A stretch of DNA of 64,000 bases from Spirochaetia bacterium (lineage in GTDB: Bacteria; Spirochaetota; Spirochaetia; DSM-16054; Sediminispirochaetaceae). Under the pieces are notes generated by a model. It saw only the letters and a list, made by a program, of their open reading frames with translations. It was not told the DNA's origin and made no database searches. Where the stretch lies: the NCBI GenBank assembly GCA_034520965.1, contig JAXHMY010000009.1, positions 128,001 through 192,000 on the forward strand, in the 5' to 3' direction. A program made the translations under genes and the position numbers. Positions 1-11,041 of this stretch are shown here, piece after piece (the stretch's first letter is position 1; the number at the start of each line of letters is the position of its first letter).

Positions 1-313
1 CGAAGCGCACAAGGACTTCCCCCTGCGCTAGGTGTTCTCCCTCTTCGGCAGCGTGCAGGATAGTCCCGGAGATCTTACTCCTGATTTCCCTGGATACATA
101 CGGCTCCACAACCGCCGGACCATCCACTTGGACTGTTATAGTTCCGGGTTCTGCCTGAACGGTGCTTGTGCCCTTCTCTCCGGGAGGATTCTCTCCGTTT
201 TCCGAAGCTGATTCGCCGCTTATGAGGGAAACATTTCCCCGGGACAATGCTATTCCAGTCCCGCCTATCAATACGATTGCAGTGAGCAGAAGGTAAATTT
301 TTTTTCTTTTCAT
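1..313 (-). CDS. RND/HlyD-family efflux periplasmic adaptor subunit (runs off the window edge)
   Basis: ATG at 313-311 overlaps the TolC stop (ATGA). Translation MKRKKIYLLLTAIVLIAGLG...GTITVQVDGPAVVEP...IRSKISGTILHAAEEGEHLAQGEVLVRF shows an N-terminal TM helix and a lipoyl-like half motif. Confidence 0.75.
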   Translation of the reverse strand, partial: MKRKKIYLLLTAIVLIGGTGIALSRGNVSLISGESASENGENPPGEKGTSTVQAEPGTITVQVDGPAVVEPYVSREIRSKISGTILHAAEEGEHLAQGEVLVRF

Positions 314-1713
314 TGTATCTTCCTCATGTAGTCAGAGCTCTCCATGCCTGATACCAGATTCCGGAGAAGGTACGCGGCCTCGGCGGAACGCAGCAACGAT
401 TCTTGTCTCCCGGCCTCCGCCGACATGAGCCTGAAACGGGCCCGTTCGAGCCCTGCCGCGGCCGAAAGTTCCTCAGCAGCTGTCGCCCTTTGTTCTTCTC
501 GCAGAGACAGAACGGTTTCGAGTCTCTCCCTTGCTCTTTCTATCGATTTCTGTGCCTGCGTAAGCTCCTCGTTGCTCAATAGATACCGTTGATACAGGGA
601 CCTGAGCTGTAGTTCGAGAGAAGATTTGCGCTCTTCGATCTCAAGCTTGTGGGCAGCTATGCTGTTCTCGAGTATGTGTTTTTCGTTTTGATCGGATTTT
701 CCGATCTCCAGCGGCAGACGTACCGAAAGGCCGAGTTCCCAGGTTTCAGTACTATTCGAGGTCCTGCTTGTCTTCTCCAAGTCCGGCCCGTAGCTGTACA
801 GCGGGAGACCGTAGGAAAGCCCCAGAGAAGCGCGCTCTACATCGTAGGCTAAAGAGGCACTCTGCTGCCGGCCGGAAAACGAGAGCTCAATGGTCGGATA
901 GGAGAGGAGGCTACCCTGCGCCTCTATCTCACGGCGCTCCGCTGCAATAGCGTTCTGCAGGGCCGAGATTTCGGGGCTATGGGCCGCCGCAGAGGCGAGC
1001 AGTTCTTCAAGAGCCGGAAGTGCGAGAATGTCCATCTTCAGCGGCTCCAACTCTCTCTCCTCCACCGGCTGTAACCCTGATGCATGTGCGAGCTCTATCC
1101 ATGTAATTTTTTTCTTCAATTTCCCCTCTAAAAGAGCTGTTTCGGCCTCCTCCAGCTCATCTTCTGCGCTTTGCAGGCTTAAAAGAGAAACATCGCCGGC
1201 ATCGAAGAGCCGGGTCTGAGTTCCCAGTCGTTCTTCGGCGGCCCTCTTCTCGGCCTCGAGAACCGTCATCTCTTCCCCGGCGAGCCAGGCTTCTTTATAG
1301 AGGAAGAAGAGTTCGAGGAAGGCTGCATCGATGCGGTACATGAGATTATCCCGCTCGAGGTCGAAATTCTCTTGGAGTGATATTTTCTGCAGTTTTTGAC
1401 TCTTCAGGAGTCCGACGGGGATTTGGGCGGCGATGCGAGCCTCGAATTCTACCTGTTCGGCAAACGCTTCGGCAAATGCGCCGTTTTCTTCACTCCGTGC
1501 CGTTGCAGAAGGGACCAGGGAAAGAGAGGAATTACCGGGATAACGAGCACTTTCGAGCTGCAGTCCCGCCGCATGCAGGCTGAGTTCGGCCTTCCGCACC
1601 GCCGGAGAGTTGTCGAGGTTTTCGACGAGCTCTTCGAAGGATAAGCCGAACAGCGATTGAGTCGTAATAATGATCAGGATGCATACCATCCATGCCGATT
1701 TAAGGTACTTCAT
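310..1713 (-). CDS. TolC-family outer-membrane efflux protein
   Basis: 467 aa with a signal peptide and two repeated helical OEP-type halves (NSPAVRKA / HSPEISAL; RLFDAGDVS); directly upstream of the adaptor gene. Confidence 0.8.
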   Translation of the reverse strand: MKYLKSAWMVCILIIITTQSLFGLSFEELVENLDNSPAVRKAELSLHAAGLQLESARYPGNSSLSLVPSATARSEENGAFAEAFAEQVEFEARIAAQIPVGLLKSQKLQKISLQENFDLERDNLMYRIDAAFLELFFLYKEAWLAGEEMTVLEAEKRAAEERLGTQTRLFDAGDVSLLSLQSAEDELEEAETALLEGKLKKKITWIELAHASGLQPVEERELEPLKMDILALPALEELLASAAAHSPEISALQNAIAAERREIEAQGSLLSYPTIELSFSGRQQSASLAYDVERASLGLSYGLPLYSYGPDLEKTSRTSNSTETWELGLSVRLPLEIGKSDQNEKHILENSIAAHKLEIEERKSSLELQLRSLYQRYLLSNEELTQAQKSIERARERLETVLSLREEQRATAAEELSAAAGLERARFRLMSAEAGRQESLLRSAEAAYLLRNLVSGMESSDYMRKIQ

Positions 1714-1861
1714 TGCTCACCTCTTGTCTGCAAACTAGTGTAAAAATGTGAATAAAGTATGAAGGAAATATGTTGTTTTTAGATACCAGCCTTAATTGCG
1801 TTTTACTCTGATCTTTGGTAGCATATTCGCAGGTACTAAAATACTTTCAGAGCGAACCGGA

Positions 1862-2135
1862 ATGGCGAAAACAACACGAACGAAAGAACAGGCACGTATC
1901 CTCAAGGGGGGACCGATGTGCGTCAACGCCCTTGCCTGCCGGCTCGGGATCAGCCAGGGGGCGGTCTCGCAGCTTCTGCGGGGCCCTCTACGGGATGAAA
2001 AAGACCGATCGTAGGAAGCGGGCAGGTGAGCTGCTCGAGCGCTTCGGCCTTGCCGAGGCGGCGGACAGGAAGTTCTCCGGCTATTCGAAGGGGATGAAGC
2101 GCAAGCTCACCATCGCCGGCGGCCTGCTCGTCCAC
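1862..2135 (+). pseudogene. Chimeric remnant: internally deleted ArsR-type HTH joined to an internal fragment of an ABC ATPase
   Basis: One frame reads QARILK|GGPMCVNALACRLGISQGAVSQ (ArsR HTH). From ~1975 another frame reads FCGALYGM...LLERFGLAEAADRKFSGYSKGMKRKLTIA (ABC signature region, no Walker A). Confidence 0.65.
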
Positions 2136-2246
2136 TATTTCATCATGTGTACGAGATATAGAAATTCTGCATAAATGAGAATCGCTGTGCCCCTAAAGCG
2201 GTATTTGAAAAATCTAACATAATAGACTATACTGCCACTATAAAAT

Positions 2247-4330
2247 ATGAAAAATAAACACACTCACATTCATATTCCTTTAAGATCCTCGATTCCCTTG
2301 ATTGTGGGGTATGCAAAAGCCCGGATTGTAGAGCAGATACGTTCAGTTTCGTTTATTCTCTTGTATCTCATAGTATTTCAAAGGTTTGTGCTGGGAATAC
2401 CAATTACCGACGGGTTGTGGATTGCAATTGGTATTGGGATGGTCGTTTTAGGGCTCACTCTTTTCCTGGAGGGAATCAAACTGGGCATCATGCCGCTCGG
2501 CTGAGAAGGTTGGGGTTGCCCTTCCTGAAAAGTGTAAGAGCTTTCTCGTAATAATGCTGTTCGGCTTCCTCGTCGGTTTCGGAGCGACCATAGCCGAGCC
2601 CGCTGTTGCTGCCCTCCAGAAACTCGGCAGTTCCGTTCCTGCATGGAAATCGCCTCTCCTCTACCTCCTGCTCGAACAGCACACGGATATTCTCGTCCTT
2701 TCCATCGGTATAGGTGTAGGTGTGGCGGTGATATTTGGGCTTATACGATTCACCTTCGGTTTTTCAATAAAGCCGCTCATTTTTACGATTATACCCATAG
2801 TCCTGGGAACAACCATCTTGGCTCATACTCACGATAAGCTCCGCAGTATTATAGGCCTGGCATGGGATTCGGGGGCGGTTACTACGGGTGCGGTCACGGT
2901 GCCTCTGGTGCTTGCCATCGGTATTGGGGTTTCGAGAGCCTCGGGAAAAAACGAAGGGGCCCGGGGCAGCTTCGGTATTATCATGCTTGCCTCGGCTTTT
3001 CCCATTTTAAGCGTACTTATACTGGGATTCACTCATGAGTCCTGCCGCTCCGGCGCCGGTCTCGGAGGCGGATTTTTTTGCACTGGAAAGACGGACGGAG
3101 ACGTTGGATCTGTTCGAAAGCGAGGAACAGCTGCGGCAGTATGTATTCAGGCAGGCGGGCGAGGAAGGACGACGGGCATATTTCGAAGGCAGGGATGAAT
3201 ACCACGAAGCCCTTAGGGCGCTTGCAGCGGACCGGCAGTTTCGCAGAAACACCCTCGGGAGTATGACCCTTTCTACGTGGATAGATGAACATGCCTCGGA
3301 ATATGAGCGCAGATACGTTACCGAAAATTATCGCATAAAAAGGGTCGAGTCAGAGGAGAGCGTTGAGATCAAAGGGATTCTCTTAAGTGGAACCCGAAAT
3401 GCCGCTCAGGCCGTTGTCCCTCTGGTACTGCTGCTCGTAGTAGTGCTTGTGCTGTTTTTGCGTGAGTCTCCGCGCTACCGCGACGAGGTTATACTGGGGG
3501 TTCTCCTGGCAATTTTGGGAATGTCGCTGCTCGGTTCGGGGATATCCCTCGGGCTCACCCCTCTGGGCAGGGAGGTCGGGAAGGGCTTGCCCCGCTCTTT
3601 TCAAACGGAAGACGAAGTAACCAATCGCCTCGTAATAGAAAACTTCGACACGAGTTTGCTGTTTAAAAGTGTCGATGTTGATGGAAATATTAACCGCTAT
3701 TTTTACCTCGAAGAGGGAGACCGGCTTGAGAAAGTGAGCTTTGTTCCGGAACGCTACGATGAAGCACACAACATCTATGAGCATGTAATGACCCGCGGCC
3801 CTATGTTCGAGACGAATTTGACTATCCTGGGTATCGTCCTGGTATTTCTGTTTGCATTCGGTATGGGCTATGGATCATCTCTTGCCGAGCCGGCCCTCCA
3901 CGCTCTTGGGCGAACCGTCGAGGGTATGACCGTGGGAATGGTAAAGGAGAAACACCTAGTACGAATAATTGCCTTGGGAGTGGGGATCGGTATTATGGTC
4001 GGGATCATACGCATCATGTTCACCATTCCCTCGGTCTCGCCTCCTATACCTCCCTATCTCCTGCTGTTCCCGCTTTCGATCATGGGAGATGAGGATTTTG
4101 TGGGAATAGCCTGGGACAGCGGGGGAGTTACCACTGGACCGGTAACCGTACCCCTGGTCATGGCAATGGGACTGGGAATCGGCGGCGAGATAGGCGTGTA
4201 TGACAGTTTCGGCATATTGGCTCTGGGTTCGGTGTATCCTATTCTTACTGTGCTAGTGTACAGTTTTATAATTCGGATACGCCAACGGCGTTATATCCCT
4301 GCGCAGAAGACAGAGGGCCCCGATGAGTGA
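2247..4330 (+). CDS. Double DUF1538-domain membrane protein, split by two +1 frameshifts (~2502, ~3031)
   Basis: Two copies of the G..T/SLAEPA and AWDSG(A/G)VTTG(A/P)VTVPLV motifs. ORFs 2247-2504, 2554-3198 and 3035-4330 join when one base is removed at each site. Confidence 0.8.
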
Positions 4331-5454
4331 GAAACCATTTACCCGGCGAAAAGTGAGCAGTATTACCTGTATTGTCCATCGCAGCCTGCGGAAGAAGATT
4401 GGCGAGCATATACAGAGAATTGGGATTCCCTCGGCATATGTAGAGCTGGGTAAGAACGTGCGGCAGCTTATCCGTTCCCGTCCCTTCGGTTTGCCGGGTG
4501 CTAGCACTCAACTTCACGAGTCGCCCTCTGAAATATTTCGTTTTACCGTGTCGCAGCAAGAGTCAAGGGATATCATCTATTCTCTTATAAACGCCGGAGA
4601 ACTGCATATACACGGTCGCGGGATGATCTTCTCTCAGGAAGTGGATGAGTATAGCCGTTATGAGGTCCCTGAGCTGCTGCCCGCGGAAAAAACGGAGACC
4701 CGGCATCCCCTTCTTCCCGATCTCTCGCTTATCACCTGTATTCTTTCCAGGCCCGGCAGTAGTGAAGAACTTTCTGGAATTGCCCTTGATCTCGGGACAT
4801 GTGTTCCTATTGTTCACAACGGGAGGGGGACCGGTATGCGGGACAACCTGGGGCTGGTGAGGATTGCGATTCCGCCCGAGAAGGAGATTGTACAACTGGT
4901 TGTGCCCGAGTACGATGACGACAGCATTATTCGGCTTCTTATCGAAGAAGGACGCCTCAACTATCCCGGGCGGGGATTCCTCTACAGTACCCCTATAAAG
5001 GCCGGTCTTGTGGACACCAAGCTGCGCATAGGACGCCAGAAGCATGCGGCGAGTATCGAGCAGATAATATCGGCAATAGACGAGCTGAAGGCGAGCACTT
5101 CGTGGCGTCAGCGTTTTACCGGTTTCGAGGGGAATCTTTCAGCCTCCGCACCCCGGCTCCGACAGGGATACAGAGAGATCGTAGTAATGTGCAGAGAGGG
5201 GAAGAGTGACGTACCTTGTCGATGCAGCGATGGATGTCGGAGCCCCCGGTGCCACCATATCCCGGGTGGCCCGTATGAATCTGCAGAAACAGGAGGGGCA
5301 TTCTGCGGCAAGCGAGCGGGCGGTACTCTGCGTGCCGAAGGATATTTCCGATCAGGTTATGGATGCACTGCTCAATCGGGCAATGAGCGGAAAAGATGAA
5401 GTAGATAGTATTCGCATACACGATACCTCCCACGTATTTACATATACAGCGTAA
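4323..5454 (+). CDS. P-II-like protein with three tandem P-II-type domains, +1 frameshift at ~5211
   Basis: Repeated ITCI..., GRGTG...IPPEKEIVQLVV...PGRGFLY and AAMDVGAPGATIS motifs; overlaps the DUF1538 stop. Confidence 0.7.
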
Positions 5455-5521
5455 CAGAGAAACTACACGGAGAGCTTTTTCTCACCTTTGTTCACAGAAA
5501 ATCGATCGGCAGTCTGTTGAC

Positions 5522-6196
5522 TTAGAAGCCTTTTTTTTGTCCTTCCCAGGGGGGAGCGGTACTGTTCTTAAATTCTTCCACGCTGGGACCGCCCAGTTTT
5601 CCCAGCCGGATGATTCCATATGTATAGGTAATGATAAGCAAAGTGAGAATGCCCGGCCATCCGAGGAGAAAGTTAAAAAATACCAGCCGCCCCATATTCC
5701 CCTGCTGAAAATATATAATCTGTCCGGTGAGTCTGAGGGAGAAATACAGCACCCATAGCCAGGTAGTCTCCGTATACGCAGGCCTTACTTTCGGGTGCCT
5801 GTACCATTCCAGGGGCCATCCCCGTGATATAAAACTCATCCATGCTACCAGCGGCCGTTTGGCGGCTATACTCAGCAGGGCCAGTATGATCGTCACCGCT
5901 CCTGTCAGCATCGAGGGTAAGAAAATTCCCTCCTCTCTCTTTAACAGGAATACAAGTCCGAAGGCTATTAGGGTGACAAGCAGGCCCTCAAGAGACCTTT
6001 TTGCCGATTCTTTTCTGATCCATCGGTAGATAATAAAACCCGTTGTCATGAATATTGACACAAGCAGAGCGATATAAAAACCGGCGCTCAGATTCATTAA
6101 AAGAAAGACCAGGGGAGGCAGGACAAGATCCGTCATACCCGGGCGGCTGAACACAATCTTTTTTAACTCATCGTATATATCTTTCAACAATCTCAT
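5522..6196 (-). CDS. DUF3159-like multi-pass membrane protein
   Basis: Hydrophobic helices; DLVLPPLVFL, RPLVAW, WY.HP.VRPAYTETTWLW, LGWP motifs. Confidence 0.6.
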   Translation of the reverse strand: MRLLKDIYDELKKIVFSRPGMTDLVLPPLVFLLMNLSAGFYIALLVSIFMTTGFIIYRWIRKESAKRSLEGLLVTLIAFGLVFLLKREEGIFLPSMLTGAVTIILALLSIAAKRPLVAWMSFISRGWPLEWYRHPKVRPAYTETTWLWVLYFSLRLTGQIIYFQQGNMGRLVFFNFLLGWPGILTLLIITYTYGIIRLGKLGGPSVEEFKNSTAPPWEGQKKGF

Positions 6197-6213
6197 GGCA
6201 GAATTGAACACCC

Positions 6214-7002
6214 CTATCGACGCGGCGGAAGGGGAAACAGGATGCTGGTCGATTCCCTGTAGGAGCGATATTCCGGATTATCACCATATTTTTTGTAGGC
6301 GCTTTTTTCGAGAAGCGGTATTCCGCTGACAAAAAGAAGTAAGAGAGTGATAAAAAGGGGCCCGATAAGAGTCAACCAGTCAAACCCCCTGAGGGAGGGT
6401 ATGACAACAATGAATAGGCCCCACCACACAAGCATTTCTCCAAAATAATTCGGGTGTCGCGAGTATTTCCATAAGCCGGAATCCACCCAGTGAGCAGCGT
6501 TTTCAGGTTTGCTTTTATAGCGGAACTTTTGTATATCGCTTATGGATTCAATTAACAGGCCCAGTGAAAAAAGTACTATCCCGATTAATGTAAAAAAGAG
6601 GGACCCTTCATCAGATGGCGAAGTGATATACAGGGAGAAAGGAAGCATTACGAGCCATACCGTCGTTGCCTGGAGCACCCAGAATTTGAGAAAATTTATA
6701 AAATCACCTCTTTTATCATCAAAACGATCGTCCTTGCCGATTTTTATTATCCTGTAAAGCAGGTAGGATCCCAGCCGGGCACTCCACAACAGTATAGCCG
6801 CGGAGACAAGCAGCTTATGATAAGAGAACGCCCCCCCGGATGTAAGCAAGAGGAGCAGGGTCAGCAGAAAGAAACTGAGACTATAAGAGATATCGGTAAC
6901 TTTATCAGTCTTGAACGCAGCGGCAAACATAAAAAAGAAGGTATTGATGGCAAAGCTAATAATCAAAGAAAATAGTATCGGATGGGACTGGACAAACTCC
7001 AT
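6214..7002 (-). CDS. DUF1295 / steroid 5-alpha-reductase-like membrane protein
   Basis: TDKVTDISY, WSARLGSYL..R, D.RFD, DIQKFRYK, GLWKYSRHPNYFGE, SGIPLLE motifs; GGGAGG RBS before the ATG at 7002. Confidence 0.85.
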   Translation of the reverse strand: MEFVQSHPILFSLIISFAINTFFFMFAAAFKTDKVTDISYSLSFFLLTLLLLLTSGGAFSYHKLLVSAAILLWSARLGSYLLYRIIKIGKDDRFDDKRGDFINFLKFWVLQATTVWLVMLPFSLYITSPSDEGSLFFTLIGIVLFSLGLLIESISDIQKFRYKSKPENAAHWVDSGLWKYSRHPNYFGEMLVWWGLFIVVIPSLRGFDWLTLIGPLFITLLLLFVSGIPLLEKSAYKKYGDNPEYRSYRESTSILFPLPPRR

Positions 7003-7158
7003 TGTGAGCCTCCCTGATTGGCATAATGGGAGCCTATGATCACACCATAGCATATAGCAATAAACAAAACTCATGCGGCAAGTCTTCATTTATTTTTGCT
7101 ATATCCGGCAAATTTAACTATATTTATTCCATTGAGCGAATCAACAGGGAGTTGTAGA

Positions 7159-7704
7159 ATGAAAAAACACTTTTTGTTCACCTTATTGCTTTTATCTGTA
7201 TACGGACATGCTGAAGCCGGAGGGGAAGCGGAAGCCTTCCATGAAACTGTTTCTTATGTGGATCTTGAACGGTTTACTGGAGACTGGTATGTCATAGCTG
7301 TTATCCCGACTCCCTTTGAGAAGGATGCGGTAAACGGTGTTGAAAACTACAGCCTAAACAAAGACGGTACAATACAAGTAAGATATACCTTCAGAAAAGG
7401 CTCTCCCGAGGGTAAGAAAAAAGTGATGTACCAGAAGGGGTGGATATACAACTCCGAGACAAATGCAGACTGGCGGGTCCGGCCAATCTGGCCCCTCAAA
7501 CTCCCGTATTATATTTTGGAACTTGACGAAGACTACAGCTATACGGTGATAGGCACAAATAACTATAAGTACCTCTGGATAATGGCGCGAAAACCGGTAA
7601 TGGAAAAGACAGTATATGAGGAAATTGTAAAACGAATGGAACAGCGGGGATACGATACTGATAAAATACAGATAATGAAACAAGATTACGAGGGACTGAA
7701 ATGA
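7159..7704 (+). CDS. Bacterial lipocalin (Blc family)
   Basis: VDLERFTGDWYVIA (GxW motif), Y.ILELDEDYSYTVIG, YLWIMARKP; signal peptide. Confidence 0.85.
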   Translation: MKKHFLFTLLLLSVYGHAEAGGEAEAFHETVSYVDLERFTGDWYVIAVIPTPFEKDAVNGVENYSLNKDGTIQVRYTFRKGSPEGKKKVMYQKGWIYNSETNADWRVRPIWPLKLPYYILELDEDYSYTVIGTNNYKYLWIMARKPVMEKTVYEEIVKRMEQRGYDTDKIQIMKQDYEGLK

Positions 7705-9515
7705 CAGTAGATACTATTACAGGCTTCCACCTTTATCATGGCTTTCTTTCAGGATCTTTTAATATTGCCAAACACCGGGAACATCTGAACAAAATCAATG
7801 TGTTTCCGGTTCCCGACGGTGATACCGGAAACAACATGGTCCAAACCTTCAGATCAATAGTAAAGGGCCTTAAATCTAACCGGTCAGCGGGAAAAATCCT
7901 CGAAGATATTGCCGACAGTTCGCTTGAGCATGCGCGAGGCAATTCCGGTATTATTATTTCCGGCAATACCTTAACAGTCTCTACAAAAACGCCGGTCACA
8001 GAGATTCCTATTCGATTAAAGATTTCGGTACCGCGGTAAAAAAGTACTGCCCTTAGCAAGGCATACCAGGCGATGGAAAACCCTGTTGAGGGAACAATTC
8101 TTACAGTGATAAATGAATGGGCTGAGGTCGTCCACAGCGAGAGCCATAAAGGTAGTGCTTTCGAAAAAATACTATCCAGGGCTTTTGCGGCGGCAAAAAA
8201 GGCTCTTCTAAAAACCCCTGAACAACTGAAAGTACTCAAGGAGAACAATGTAGTCGATGCGGGGGCAAGGGGATTCGTGGATTTCCTTGAAGGCATTGAA
8301 CTTATGAATAAAAACGGCCCGGTTACATCTTCAATTCGAAAGGAATTTATAGTGCCGCCAACTGAAACAGAGGATTATGAAAAGGGAGATCTGCATTCCG
8401 GCCCCGCGATGCTTGATTTCAGATACTGTACCGAAGTACTCCTTGAAAACGTGACGGATTCCCCCGGCAATATACGGAACGACCTGAAGGCAGTAGGGAA
8501 TTCCCTGATTGTGAGTAAGGGAATACACAGAACTCGTATACATATCCATTCAAATAGTCCCGCGGAAGTGGTGAGAAGAGCCGGAGAGTATGGCCGTATC
8601 ACTCAGCAGAAGGCTGATGATATGCTTAGGCAGGAACAGGTCCTTAGTAATCGACTGGGAGATGTGGCAGTTCTCACTGATTCGATAGCGGATATACCCC
8701 AGGAAATTCTTGATACATATCAAATCCATGTTATAAACCTCCAACTGATCTGGGATAATCAGGAATTCCTGGACCGCTTAACTATCTCGCCGGAGGCATT
8801 CTACCGGGAACAGGCTGTCAGAACTTCATTTCCCAGCAGTTCTACTCCTACAAGAGCCAGGGTAGATGCTATGTATCAATATCTGTTAGAGCACTACTCG
8901 GGCATCATTGTCCTTCCGGTAGCGAAAGCCCTGAGCGGTACATGGCAGCAGATGGTGCTTGCCTCCGAATCCTACAACAAAGACGAGCAAAGAATTATAA
9001 CTGTTGATACTCGCCTCAATTCCGCGGCTCAGGGACTCCTGGTTATAGAGATCGCAAAGGCCGCAGCCGAGGGAATGAATCTGGAGGAATTATCTGCTCT
9101 GGCGGAAAACCTGAAAAAGCGCATAAAAATTTTTGTCAGCGTACAGACTTTCAAGTATATGGTGAAAGGGGGCCGTGTGAGTCCCCTCAAGGGGTTCATA
9201 GCCTCCGCTCTGAATATAAAACCGATAGTATCTCTCGATGCTGCGGGAAAGGGAATTGCCTTTGAAAAATCCTTTTCCCAAAAGGGGCTTCTAAAGAAAA
9301 TGGCGGGCATCATTGAAGATATTGAAAAGAGAAAAGGAATCCAGAAGTATTGTGTTGTTCATGCACTTGCAGAAGATAAGGCCAAAGTATTCGCCTCAAT
9401 AGTCGAAAATAGTACAGGCAAAACTCCTGCATATATAAGCTCCATTTCGCCAATCGTAGGCATGCATTCTGGAAAAGGGGCTGTCGCGATTGGACTTATA
9501 GAAAAAGAAGGGTAG
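7701..9515 (+). CDS. DAK2 (FakA-like) plus DegV (FakB-like) fusion, with two compensating frameshifts (~7962, ~8042)
   Basis: LNKINVFPVPDGDTGNNM, ARGNSG, PVEGTILTV, VVDAGARG, RYCTE, RIHIHS, then DegV motifs TDSIADIP, LSGTW, KGGRVS, KPIVSL, GMHSGKG. Confidence 0.85.
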
Positions 9516-9523
9516 CGAAATAA

Positions 9524-9644
9524 TCGCGGAGAAAAAAAATCCGCGGACATTCCCAAAACGGGGCGGCGGCTTGCCCGCCGCCCCGTTGTCCAAAAGTGCG
9601 GAGCAATTTTGGACAACACTGGATAAGCGTAATGCAGTATCCGG
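9524..9644. repeat. Cluster of four tandem inverted repeats (terminator or REP-like structure)
   Basis: tcgcgga/tccgcgg (9524-9546); aacggggcggcgg/ccgccgccccgtt (9557-9587); gttgtccaaaa/ttttggacaac (9585-9617); ctggata/tatccgg (~9619-9644). Confidence 0.7.
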
Positions 9645-9704
9645 GCTTTACACCACGGCTATCAATATGTTTTGTCCTCGCATTTTCTCCAATTTAATTT
9701 TATA

Positions 9705-10481
9705 ATGATAACTATGGTTATATGGTCGTTTATTAATTTTCTTGCTTGTATTGGGGTTATTGTTGTCAACGGATTGGCAAATGCTCTTCCGCTTAATGGA
9801 ATAGGTACTGGGGAACTATCTGATCTCTATCCTAATCTTTTCGTACCGGCGGGGGTAACCTTTTCAATCTGGGGGATTATTTACATTCTGCTGATAGGGT
9901 TTTGTATCTATAGTATTAGAGCCTCCCTCAGTTCGAAAACAGACGCTTCTTTCCTCAAATACGTTGGACCTTGGTTTTTCCTCTCCTGTGTTGCGAATGT
10001 GTTGTGGATTTTTGCATGGCACTGGCAGAAAGTGGGACTCTCACTTGTGGTGATGCTCTTCCTCCTTTTTTCACTAATTATCATCTATCTGAACCTGAAT
10101 AAAAGGACTGAAGCTTCTCTTGCTGAATTGATCTTCACCCGGCTGCCTTTTAGTATCTACCTCGGCTGGATTACGGTGGCGCTTATTGCAAATGTTACAG
10201 CCCTGCTGGTCAAAACAGGTTGGGGAGGCTTTGGCTTATCTGAAACATTCTGGACAGTTACCGTTATTATTGTAGCGGTCATTATAACCTTACTGGTGAT
10301 CCATACACGGAAGGATGTCGGATACAGTCTGGTTGTAATATGGGCTCTGCTCGGAATAGTGCTAAAGCGAAGTGCCCTTGGAGACGCCCCCGCTGTAACA
10401 GCCGCAGCTGTCGGCGGAATTGTTGTTATTGCACTATTTCTGATACTGGTAAGCGTACGGAAATCGGTCAAGAGAATATAG
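9705..10481 (+). CDS. TspO/MBR-like tryptophan-rich membrane protein
   Basis: NGLANALPLNG..TGELSD.YPNLFVPAGVTFSIWGIIY, N.LWIFAWHW, PFSIYLGWITVA, V.IWALLGI motifs; start codon uncertain. Confidence 0.75.
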   Translation: MITMVIWSFINFLACIGVIVVNGLANALPLNGIGTGELSDLYPNLFVPAGVTFSIWGIIYILLIGFCIYSIRASLSSKTDASFLKYVGPWFFLSCVANVLWIFAWHWQKVGLSLVVMLFLLFSLIIIYLNLNKRTEASLAELIFTRLPFSIYLGWITVALIANVTALLVKTGWGGFGLSETFWTVTVIIVAVIITLLVIHTRKDVGYSLVVIWALLGIVLKRSALGDAPAVTAAAVGGIVVIALFLILVSVRKSVKRI

Positions 10482-10559
10482 ACAGCTACACCCAATTGAA
10501 GTTCGAAATTGCGGCGGCACGCAAGGCATAGAACCTGATTTTTGTGGTATAATCCCCAC

Positions 10560-10808
10560 ATGCTGTCGGTTAAGCAACTGAAAACACCCAGGTCTGATCC
10601 CTTCCACCAAGCCGCACTAATCCAGTGGCGGCTTTTACCCCAGGAAACCGGCTCTGCTGAAGCCTTCGCCGCTGCAGTCTCTATGCATGCCGATCAGGCG
10701 TGTGGCAACGAGCAGGTGAAACTACTAGTGTTTCCCGAACTTTCAGGGCTGGGGCTGCTTTTGGAAAAGCTTAATCCCGGCATCTGCACAGCCATATTCC
10801 GAGTTTAG
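10560..10808 (+). pseudogene. N-terminal fragment of a carbon-nitrogen hydrolase
   Basis: AALIQW... and VKLLVFPELSG motif, followed by truncation. Confidence 0.5.
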
Positions 10809-11041
10809 CCGCCGACGAAGCTCGATGTAAGGAAAAATGGATTGATCTCGGGCCGTATTGGCACAGCTTGGACCAAAACCAAGATCAAATCCGGGAACGG
10901 GGTTAATGATCTAAAGCGGGTACTACACATAGTATGCGAGGGTTACCCGGTTTCTCCCTAAGGATTCTGCACATTACACTCCTATGGTTATTTCGAGCGC
11001 ATCTTGTATCGCTCCAGAGAAAGTTATAGACTCGCTAGGCC

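Noticed and set aside
7053..7064. Third copy of the shared motif (TATAGCAATAAA)
   Set aside because: Only 12 AT-rich bases match, with different flanks and spacing; likely chance.
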